From assembly GCA_051362555.1 (NCBI GenBank), contig CM120646.1:9796001-9860000 (forward strand): 64,000 bases of DNA, written 5' to 3'. Source of the stretch: Lingula anatina. Its lineage: Eukaryota; Animalia; Brachiopoda. Below, piece by piece: positions 1-11,167 of the stretch (position 1 is its first letter; each line of letters opens with the position of its first letter). The position numbers and the translations under genes are program-made. The notes beneath the pieces were generated by a model. That model did no database searches. It was not told where the DNA came from and saw only the letters and a program-made list of their open reading frames with translations.

Positions 1-296
1 GCAAATAAGATATACAAGATGCAAGATCCGATTGTTTCGTTTTTTTTTTTTTTTTTTTTTTTTTGTAATTAAACCTGCGTTAGATTGCTAGCGATGGGGT
101 GTATCGATGCTCCAAAACCACTTTTCATAAAGCTGTTTAAAACAGCTAAAGATTCCACCAAGATAAATAAGATAATTAACTAAAAATAGTATACTCCACG
201 TAGCTAGCTTCGATATATTGAAATGCATGTACCGAGATACAACTAATTGGATAATCCAATCAGACTGAATAGAACTTGCTCGATTCTGCAACTTAC

Positions 297-3170
297 CCGG
301 GTTACACCTGACTGTCGCCACCTCCTGATTACATCTGATAAAAGGGTTGGCTAACGTATGGCGGCATTGGGTGACATTTGTCTCGTTGCCAACACAGTCC
401 AGTATCAACCCCAATGGAGTAGAATCCACCGTAGAGAAGAACGATTGGAACAACACCTCTGCTTGAACGCTAGAAGAGAGGATATCTTTATTGTGCCCTT
501 TAGGATCAAAGAAAGATTTTTGGGTTTGTTACCATGAAAAATCTCAATGGACATCAGATCTGTGACATAACACCTCATATCCACACAATGCAGCACTTGA
601 GTAGACCTCTATTCACCTCTATTTTGAATGAGAATACAGGGGATAAAGACTCTTATGTTTTAAGAGGCTTGGCCGTTCGGTTCTTTGATAACGAGACTTA
701 TATTAAAAAAAACTGATTCATAAATGGAAAAATACGGAAAAATGAGAATAAAAATTGAAGACAAGTGCACTTAAATATCTATAATCTTTCTAGTAAAAAT
801 TCCTGTAAAAGAAGATAAGGAAATAGTTACTAGACGAAATATTGGTAATCTGACTATAGGTCTAATTTACGCATATACATTTAGAATTGCCACAACACCT
901 TCCGTCACGAAATGTATGCTGAGATGACAAAGCAGAATGTACAACCAAGGGTTTGGATTCTAAAGAACACAAAAGATCTAAAACCATGCACAAAATATAT
1001 CCCAAGCTTCTCTGTCATTAAACTATGCATACTAGTACAACCATATATAATAAAAAAATCCGTCTGCTTTAAGCTTACCCCAGTCCTAGCGTCTTGCAAA
1101 TCACGTGCGCATCAGCTGAGTCAATTAGGCGGTCACAGATGTAGTACCAGTGTCGTCCTATCAGCACCTGCACATGCCCCGCACCATGCTCCCACATATC
1201 TGCCAGTCGGACGTTCCTAACCGCAGATATATTGCGTACAGGGGGGAGAGTTGTGGTGGTAACACTTGTGGGTTGTGTAGGAGGCAGCGCAGTGGGTTTC
1301 AGTTCATCTAGTAAGCAAAGATCGACAGCAGAGTTCGGATCAATTTCTTTTTATACAAAGGGAAACTTGACCCATGAAGTACGTCTTAATTCATTGATTT
1401 AATCAGTGGATAGTTAAGACATTCTATAGGTAGGTTTAAATGAAAGTTAAGCCCTTGTATTGGCAGGTGTAAAATGAAAGTAGGATCTTTATGATTATTC
1501 TTTTTTTTTTGTTTGTTTAGAGGATGTCCCATTACATACTTTCGTACAAGATACATCACTATCCTGTGACATCTTTAAAGGAAAGCAGACGTACCTTGCT
1601 CGCCCACCTTAAGCGTCCATTTGTCGCATGTGGCGGTGTATGTGTATGACGTAATCTGTCCGTACGTGGCCACCACATTCTGCAGTACGGCCGAGGCGAC
1701 GTCTTCCTTTTCTGGACAGCTCACGCTATCAAACTTAATGTTACCTGACTTCACTCCATCGCGTCTACATTTGATGATCTACCGGTAGGTAAGACGTGAA
1801 TGAGTGGTTAAATGTTTATCTAGATAAAATATGCCTGGATTCTTCTACATTTTATTACATATAAAATTCAGCACTACATAGGATAACTTAAGAATATTCT
1901 TTATTTGGCTATTAAATCAAGAGAAAGCCACCAATCCATACATGTCAATACACACTTACCTTTGTACGCATGAAATATTTAAACATTGTAATTACTGCGC
2001 ATTACAGTTGGGAGAGAGAGAGAGAGAGAGAGAATACAACTTACCCTGGAAACAGTCGCATTGGGATCAATAACCCAAGACGTGTCCATACCAGATATCA
2101 ACACCAACATAACATTGTTCACTTTAGGGCTACCAATCACCGACACCATCACTTCAGCTTCATCCTTCCCGACAGAGTCCATACTTAGGACGTGGATTTC
2201 ATAATTGCTATCAGCCTTATATCGTAAGCAACTGAACACGTTCGCGGTCGGCACAATCTTCCCGTCCTTCCACGGGGTAGCAGCACTGTCTGTTCTAGAG
2301 GACGGCTCCACCTCACATCCACTGAACTTCTGCTTCTGCTGTAACTGCAAAAGAGTGAGCACATTTTTTTGTTATCAACATGCAGAAAAAAAGAGGAATT
2401 AAGCGCAAACCGTATTTATGTTGTATATGTGATTCTATTTTTCCTCAGACAAATTAGTTTTCCTTTTTCCTCGATATACAGCTCATATAATATACAGTTA
2501 TTTACGGCCATACGTACATGTATGCTTATATAACGCCTTCCACAATTATAGCAATGAACTGTTTTCTTCTGCGTCTCAACAACAGAATAATGGTATGTAT
2601 TGATAAAGATTCAAAACTACTGTTTAGTGAGCTACACATACAACGAACCGTACACAAGTCCATTTATTAAAAAAAACAAGCAATATATTTATAATATACC
2701 GTAATAGGTGAACTGCCGTTACTGGTTTCAGTACCCCCTCTTTGGATAACGAAGAGAACCAGACCCGCTGTGAACATCACTAACACTGTTACTGCCACGA
2801 TCACAAACCCGACAGCACAGCACCGCTTGTGGCCCATGCGCCGCCTGTTCTCTACTATCGCTGTGCTACCGGTGACGGAAGATCGATCCGACATTCGTCG
2901 GTAGATCATACCCCGCCTGGACTCATTTCGGATTGGGGCTGGAGGAGTGTTGGGGTCGTTAACTGATTTAGGTGGCGGATTTTCGTATCCATCATTATCG
3001 TAGGCGTGGGTCGCGCCTCCTTCGGCCCCTCTGATGTCCCCAAAATCCAAGCTTGTGTAGTCAGAGACATCGCCGTATGGCGGCAAAGGGGTTTGGGAGA
3101 TCACTTCATTTCTAGAGCTCTGCACTGTCGACTCGGGCTCCGTAATATTCGCTAAGGCGTGCGTCTCCAT
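297..3170 (-). CDS. Type II transmembrane SRCR-domain (scavenger-receptor-like) protein, 5' coding exons; gene continues past the left edge
   Basis: GT-AG exons with matching phases: 2700-3170 (Kozak accATGg; Tyr-rich cytoplasmic tail then TM AVGFVIVAVTVLVMFTAGLVLFVI), 2045-2344, 1595-1778, 1079-1307 (Thr/Pro linker then VRLADMWEHGAGHVQVLIGRHWYYICDRLIDSADAHVICKTLG) and 297-469 (LDCVGNETNVTQC...VATVRC). The last two form a canonical SRCR domain. Confidence 0.85.
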
Positions 3171-3561
3171 GGTGTACTGAAAAAAAAGTCTAGTCAAACA
3201 ACTGCAGTTTTGAGCCTGAAGTGCCGGGGCAAACCATTCTGAGTTACATGTATTTGGCAAGATGAGCACATATTAAACACATATTAAACTGGCATACTGC
3301 AGGGAAGAGGCCTCGCGATTTTTCATAAAATTTTTGCATAAAATTAAGGCCCGTATCCGTCTTTCAAGAGACTGAAATATCCCTATCCACGTGGCTGTTC
3401 CCTATACTCTTAATATACCAAGTGAACTCTCATCGAATCATATGTTTGTACCCGGTATTTATGACACATATGACACCCGATATTTATGACACATGTTTAA
3501 ATTGCACAGGTCTATCGATGCACAGATTTTTTTTCTGTTTTAAGTGTACCAGTCAACACAC

Positions 3562-3614
<53 letters not shown>

Positions 3615-3879
3615 ACTCATTCCGCTCCAGTAACTTACATTTACAGTTTATCTTATACATGTAGTTGCAGTTGATGTGACATCACATTGTGTTGATTTGT
3701 TGTGATGGTTACCTGTTTAAGAAAAACTTCATTTGGTGCACACACTTGTAAGCGTGTTGTATCTGAACTTACTCCATTTCGTACCTCGGCTTCACATTGA
3801 AATAATTTCACTCCCTCCCGATAAGACCGTCTCCCACGTATACTAAAATGCCATAGGCAGAAAATGTACAGAAAACGAA

Positions 3880-3925
3880 AATCAAAACTGACCACCGCTC
3901 TAACATAAGGCATATATAAAGAGAA
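3880..3925 (-). promoter_or_regulatory. Candidate core promoter (TATA plus Inr) of the SRCR gene
   Basis: On the - strand, TTTATATATG (~3920-3911) lies about 29 nt upstream of an Inr-like TCAGTT (~3890-3885). Possible donors (e.g. ag|gtaacc ~3712) and a ttttttcag acceptor sit before the ATG exon. Confidence 0.4.
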
Positions 3926-4504
3926 CATGTATTTTTTTCATAAACAAGTTTTTAAAACCATATGACCCCCTACAATACTCGAACTCTGGAGGTCACAATA
4001 TAAGTCGATGTGGCTGGTAACTACCAGTATGATATGAAATTATTACTTTATATTTATTTCCACAAACTAGAAAAAGTATGTCCGGTGTGACAGGAATGGT
4101 AGTCCAAAAATCCTACACACATTGTTCATTGTACTGTACTGCATAAGAAACCCAACACTTTTGATATATTGATTATACTCATTTTACAGCGAGTAATCTA
4201 ATTTATCGTACATGTGAAAATTTTTTTCTATGTCATGAGACGCTTCATACACGACTCGCATGTTGATAATTTAATGGGAACATTAATGTGATCTTAAAGG
4301 TTAACGGGGGTGACTTGAGTCGATCCATTCATAAGGGTCATTATTTGTAATGCCAATGGGATTGCAAGATTTTCCTTCATATTTTGTCATACAAACATTA
4401 TTTACGTGCCATGTGTATAGAACACCCAGCCCTGTTGTATTCAATTTTTCCGGTCTGAAATCAAAAATCTAAACAATTAATTTGTCTAATTGCCTCAATT
4501 TTTT

Positions 4505-5550
4505 TTCATTGAATAACTGAAGGAAAAATTGAGACAGATGTGTATTACAAAACAACAGACACAAAACAATATCTCCCTTTTAACTCGTGTCATCCCAGAC
4601 ACATTAAGCACAAAATACCATACAATCTAGCTCGAAGACTATGCACAATTGTCTCAAATAAAACCATATTAAAACAAAGGCTCAAAGAGCTGGAAGGATT
4701 TCTATTAAGGAGACAACTGATACAAACTGGGATTAAAAAAGCAAAACAGATACAGAAGAACGACCTGAGGACCACCAAAGACAAAATTAAAAAGGAAGCC
4801 ATGTCGTACATATCAACATATAATATAAAAAAACCCGGAAGTACACAATGTTATAACTAGAAACTTACCTTTGGTAAAACAAGATGACAAAATGAATGAG
4901 ATACTAACTGAAATGCAGATTATAAAGAGTAAGAGACAAAGTCCATCACTTAAGCAAATTTTAACAAAAGCAAAATTTAAAACAATGCCAGGACAAATAT
5001 GGAAACCTCAACAATACGAGTGCAGAAATGTGAGGTACCCAGGTGTGGCATCTGTCCACTAATTAAAGAGGTGAGCCATCTAACATGGACTTACATTTAT
5101 ATTTAAACCCCCATTCACCTGCACTAGCTCAAATTTAATTTATGTATCGACTTGCAGTGGATGCGGTGAGAACTATATAGGACAAACCAGAGACACTCTC
5201 CGACATAGACACAGACAACAAATAAGACAACCTAAATATCAGTGCACGTCTGTGAGTGGGCACATTAGAGAATGCTCTATGAACAAAAACAAGGACTTCA
5301 CAGTATTCCCATTTTATAAATTCACTAGGGAAACAACCCAAACAAAGAAAATTTCTTTATTAATAAGTTTTAACCTACATTAAACCAAGGAGTCTGTTAT
5401 AACTCCTTGATTAAACAGATCCTAAAGCATTGGTCAAAGCAACAATCCAATACCCATTGTCAGAGACATCACATTGAGTCTTTATGACATCACTTAGTAA
5501 CCAAAATAAACAACCCCCCTGAAGATGCAATGAAACCGGTCGGGGCAAAA
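4505..5550 (+). mobile_element. Penelope-like retroelement 3' relic (RT thumb plus GIY-YIG endonuclease), frameshifted
   Basis: ETDVYYKTTDTKQYLPFNSCHPRHIKHKIPYNLARRL (4531 onward) and, in another frame, FTCTSSNLIYVSTCSGCGENYIGQTRDTLRHR (~5113-5210). These are PLE RT C-terminal and GIY-YIG motifs, broken by stops and frameshifts. Confidence 0.85.
5515..5545 (+). ncRNA. Minimal type I hammerhead-ribozyme-like motif at the Penelope 3' end
   Basis: cccc-CTGAAGA-tgcaat-GAAA-ccg-GTC-gggg: conserved core boxes, stem I cccc/gggg and palindromic ACCGGT stem III. Stem II is essentially absent. Confidence 0.6.
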
Positions 5551-5575
5551 TAACTGCTGTTCTTTATTTCTTTTT

Positions 5576-5579
<4 letters not shown>

Positions 5580-5644
<65 letters not shown>

Positions 5645-5820
5645 GAGAATGAAGTCAATACACCATGAAAAAGTGCTCCACCCATGGTGGCGGCCCGTGG
5701 GGAGCTGGTATATAAAATCAAGGATACGAATAAATTAGACTTTTCTCTCCATTTTATCAATATTTATTTATTTATTTTTTAATAAAATGGAGAGAAAAGT
5801 CTAATTTATTCGTATCCTTG

Positions 5821-5898
<78 letters not shown>
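5580..5898. repeat. (TA)n microsatellite pair enclosing a ~42-bp perfect inverted repeat
   Basis: (TA)n at ~5580-5642 and ~5823-5898; 5717-5758 is the reverse complement of 5782-5823. Confidence 0.9.
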
Positions 5899-5899
<1 letters not shown>

Positions 5900-6985
5900 C
5901 TGCAATTAAGATAATTAATTGTATTTATGTAGAAAATGGTTTGTTTTAGTGGTGGTATTAAAGGAATGTCTTAGCTGCTGTGTATCTAGGCACACACATT
6001 TATATTTTATGAAAGATGTTTTGGGGACTAATTCTATCGAGCTGAATCAGTGAGAAGTCATTCAGCTTTGTAGCTGCGGAGATATTTACCCGCAGTTTTA
6101 GCAGCTACACTGTATTATTACTTACGTTTCTTTATTGTTATTTGTACATGAGTTACCAGCCATTACATTTTTGTGGTTTCAAGATTTGGGGACGGCCAGT
6201 TTTCTTGATATACTTGGTGACTGTATTTTCTTCGGATTATTCTGTTTTCCCAGCCACCAGTTTTGTTATCAAGTTTCGGCGATGGCTGTTTCCTTTTATT
6301 TGAGTGACTTCAAGTTCTGGGATCACACACAGGCTAGTAATTTTATATTATCTTCAATTGTTCCCTTATTCATGTGTTCTTATCATAAGACTTATAATTT
6401 GTCATGTGCTGCAGTTGTTAACTATTTTGTTTAGATGTCACTGCATCGTGTTATTCTTTTAAAAAATCTTCTTATGTGTAGCTATTACATTTATGCTGAA
6501 ACTTACCGGGCCAGGAATTCCGCTGTTTTTATATTTTCTCGGCTGTAGTTACATGCCGTAATCCATACATTTCTGTTATTGTCTCCGTATCCGCATTCCC
6601 AGGTGCCATAATTTAATGGGTTTCTGGTCGACTAGGTTACATGCATTTTTGGAGTTGTTTTGCTCTTTGTTTTGGGTGTACTTCCCAGGGCCAGGTTGCA
6701 CCAACCGGTCTTAAGTGAGGCGTAGCAGTTGCGCCGGCGTAAACCGGGCGCAAAATGCCACGCCCGAGAAAAGCCAGTTGCACCAAACTGGAATAGAGTT
6801 TACGTCGGTCTTAACTTAGTCGTAAATTTACGCCTGCCAGCTAGGTGGTGTAAGTCGGTCGTAGCTCGTTTTCCACTATGTCTAGGCTGTCACAGAGAGA
6901 GTTTGATGACAATTATCGTAGTTAACGTAGAAAATGTGGGTTGTTATTTGTTTGTTTCTTCCACAAAACTTCCGTCTGTAAAGTT

Positions 6986-6987
<2 letters not shown>

Positions 6988-7059
<72 letters not shown>
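6988..7059. repeat. (TA)n microsatellite
   Basis: Direct reading. Confidence 0.95.
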
Positions 7060-7062
<3 letters not shown>

Positions 7063-7499
7063 TTACTATATATAAACATAGAGGTCTCTTGTATTTCTTA
7101 ATCTACAAGATGTAAGCTCGATTGAATTAAATGATACCTCACGGTGTAACCATAGAAACAATGCCATAAAATTGTCAGTTGCACCAAACTGGAATAGAGT
7201 TTTACGACACTGTTGTAAAATTACGAAAAGAAAGCAATGTTGGCGTTAAAGGCCCAGTCACAAATCAGTTGCGATGCGTCGGGATGGGTAAAACCCGGGA
7301 AATTTGAACAAAATCTTGAGACAGATCTCACGATTTTGCACCCGTCGGAGGCGTAAATTTAATAAATTTAATAAAAATAATAATCCAATAGAGCTGGTTT
7401 TCTAATATGAGCTGTATGTCAATCCTAAGAATCATTCTTGTAAGTTGTAAGAATAGTTAAAAAAATAGAAAGTAACACTTTACTTTACATAATATTAAT

Positions 7500-9490
7500 G
7501 GTGCCAGAGCACAAAGTAGGGTTTTTGTCAATTTTGATGCAACATTACATAATGATTAACTAATTAAATACCACCAAATTTTAAAAATCTACTATTAAAA
7601 TACGGACATTAAGAAAATTTGATTACCACTGGGCTTCTTGCCCAAGGGAGCTCTAAGTCCCACATTGAAAATTGCAACATGTGAAAGATAAAAATGTTCA
7701 CAAAAAACCTGTATTACTGCCAAACAATTAACTAATGAGACAATTTTTCAACTGAAGCTGTATTTCAGTCCTATGTTTCTTTCCTGTAAGTGTGAGAAGA
7801 GCAAGTGACATGGTTTTCCTTTCACTGCCACTATGGAGGCAGTGCCCAGAATAGGGGTTTGTTCAATTTTGATGCAATATTACACAATGCTTAACAGCAT
7901 AATAACCATGATTTTTTTAATAATAAAATAAAAGTATCATGGATATTCAGAAAATGTGACTAGCCCATAGAGTTCAGAGTCATACTTTGAAAATCCCAAA
8001 ATGTAAATAAGAGAAAACTGTATTGAAAGAGTTTATTTCCATTTTCAATATTTACATAAAGCAAAATAATCAATTTACTGTCATTTTTATATGATCAATC
8101 AAAAAATATGTTGTCAAAGCAAAAATATCAATAGAACAATTATAAATGTCTAACTTGCTCCATTCTGAGATTCTGAACATAGTGAATGGTTGAATCTGAC
8201 AAACTGTAAAGATATGAGTTTTTTTCCATTTTTGACACTTATTACACAATACACGATATCAGGTTTACCATCATTTTTATATAATCAACTAACAATGTTG
8301 TTAAGATGCAGAAAATGTCAAAAGAACAACTTAACATATCTAATTAGTTCAAAAATGAATCTGTTAACATGTCTGAGAATTAAATTTGAGGAAAAAACAC
8401 TTATATACAAAAAAAAGGTATAACTTCACCAAACCTTTACTGATCAAGCTTATTTTCAAAAAAATATCTGTATTTCAGTAACACTGATCACTACTGTGAA
8501 TTTCAAGACAATTGGCCAATCAATTTTCCTTAAAATGTGTTATAGGTGTTGCATATATGCTGAAAAAAAGTGAAAAAACAGCAAAACTTTTATAAAAATG
8601 CCCAGATCATGCCAATTTTCGAACTTGACTTGCGTATTATAGACATTCATCAGTTCTATAAGTTTCAAGCCAAAAAGTAAAGCGGTTTTTCACTTATCGT
8701 GTTATCAGGGTTGCATATATGCTGAAAAAACTGCATAACTTCCATATAAATGGCCCGATCAGGCTGATTTTCAAACTTGACCTGCGTATTGTAAATATTT
8801 ATCAGTTCTGTAAGTTTCAAGTCAAAAGGTAAAACGGTTTTTCAAATATTGTGTTATCGGTGTTGCATAAATGCTGAAAAAAAGTGAAAAAACAGCAAAA
8901 CTTTTATAAAAATGCCCTGATCATGCTGATTTTCGAACTTGACCTGCGTATTATGAATATTCATCAGTTCTGTAAGTTTCAAGCCAAAAGAAAAAACGGT
9001 TTTCCACTTATCGTGTTATCGGTAAAAGTGCACGGCGACGACGGCGACAACAGCGACGGCGACGACAGACGCAGGTGATGGCTATATGTACAGACACATC
9101 TGTGTCTGTACATAAAAATGGTCCAATCAAGCTAATTTTCGAATTCGACCTGTATTTTAGTAAGATGTATCACTCCTGTAGGTTTCAAGACAATAGGCCT
9201 ATCGGTTTTTCCTTGAAATGTGTTATCAGTTTTGCATATATGCTGAAAAAAGCGAAAAAATAGGCTGAGCATAACTTTTTTAAAAAATGGCCCGATCATG
9301 CTGATTTTCGAACTCGACCTGCGTATTTTGAATATTCATCAGTTCTGTAAGTTTAAAGCCAAACGGTAAAACGCTTTTTCATTTATCGTGTTATCGGTGA
9401 AAGTGCACGGCGAAGGCGACGGCCACGACGGCGGCGACAGACGCAGGCGACGGCTTATGTAAAGACACATCCATGTTTATACATAAAAAT
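7500..9490 (+). mobile_element. Helentron/HINE-like non-autonomous repeat family copy with internal tandem units and terminal hairpins
   Basis: Recurrent units (gattttcgaacttgacctgcgtattatgaatattcatcagttctgtaagtttcaagcc), a (GAC/GGC)n tract and the hairpin tgtacagacac-atct-gtgtctgtaca (9087-9112). Related segments recur at ~21025, 27130-28940, 44750-45220, 55790, 56620-57650 and 58390-59100. Confidence 0.6.
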
Positions 9491-11167
9491 ATGAAAAAAA
9501 GCCAAGCACTGTTGGTCGCCAAGCTATCCCCAAAGGATGCCCAAACAACATTCGTTTGTCTTGTAGGAAGCAAAAAGCTTGTAGAATACTCGTCACTGAT
9601 GGCCACTGGTCACCTGCAACGTCTATAATTGCATTAGACGCCGTATAGGTACATGTAATAAATGGTTGCACAGATGACACACAGGGGAGACAGGCAAGTT
9701 GCCCAGTGGACACAAAGGTCGCTCGTTGTTCTACAGGATTAGACCACATTTGGTCACTTAAACGCCCTTTTCACTGGACGTTCTTTTTGCGACCATGAAA
9801 CTGGCATTGCTGTGGTGGTAAAAAGTAGGCACAAGCATCCCTTTGGTTGCAGAATGAATTCTCAGTGATCGGCCAGTTTTCGGCACGTTAAGTATTTTTA
9901 CTCTCAAACGAGGCCGTGCTACGGGCAGAGAGGATTGCACAAGGGTCGCAGGAGCATTTTAGGCGACCACTGAACGTCCTGGCCATACTTTTGGCAGTAG
10001 AAGGGAGGCACAAAGGCTACAGTTAGGTGTAAAGGGTTTTTTTCACAGTTTAGAGGTCCACGCTAAGATGATATAGGCGCATTGTACAGTACAATGCCGC
10101 AGATGACCCCTGCACCAGAGTGTTTTGAGTGAATTAAATGAAAGTTGCATCTTAATGATATGACGAGAGATTTTTAATCAAGTAAACTTACCTTTCAGAA
10201 AACCCTTCCAAAACAGCTGTCTACATAAATTTAGGTAAACACATCCCCTTCGTCTTAATGCTGCTTTACATCGTAACAGGATGTGAAGAAACTGGGTTAC
10301 CGCCCTTTCACTCACGTAGCCCCTTTTGTGCGACACCACTGCGCGCACTATGCTCAAGTTACTGTAGTTATTTATCCAAAATACACTTCAAGGTTAAATC
10401 TGACAGGTGTGTTTTTACGCCTATTGATTGTTAGCAGACGACAGAACGTGCCCGCCTGGGTCGCTTGTGGTGGGAAATATCTGTGTTATGTGCTACGTGT
10501 AGTCCTTTCCCGTATGATATTTTATGTTTGTGTGCATCTCACTGTCTGCGAAAATGTTTGTTTCCAAAGTGCCCACCCCCATAACCGAGATTTTTGCGAA
10601 AAAAATATCTATAGTGGTAGCCTTTATTCCCTTACTCCCAGTCCATCAGAAGTACCTTACGGCACGCGGTACAAATCACCTGGTTGCATGTAATGTAGGC
10701 CTTCAACAGCTAGCTGTCAACCATAAGCCTTTTTCTCTCAGCCTACTGCTCGGGTGTCCACTCTCCATCGTGTATTAAGCTTAGTCAGTAACCTCTTTGG
10801 GATTGACCTTTACCCTGGAGACTATCAACCGTAACTTCCCTATAACAATACTTTAGATTTAGAAAAATGTGGTGAATATTATCAATGAAAACAGAAACAC
10901 TTTAATTACAGTCAGATTTACTCGTCGAAAGAACCTTAAGTGAACAAGTGCGATGTTCCTCTGTAACGCCACGCCGCCTCTTGTACAGTATTCAGCGAAG
11001 ACTTTGGCGCCTCTTGCAGTAAAATAAGGCCAAGAACGAGAAGAAGGTTTCAAAAATAATAGTAAACAACTTACAAAATGAAAAAATATAGAAATATCCC
11101 TTTCCTAAATTAATAATAATGACAAGTTAATATCTAAATGAAGACAGAATATGAAAAAGTGAATACA

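Noticed and set aside
3422-3664. Poly-Lys ORF and YIYI ORFs (5494-5760, 6729-7115)
   Set aside because: Products of poly(A) and (TA)n tracts.
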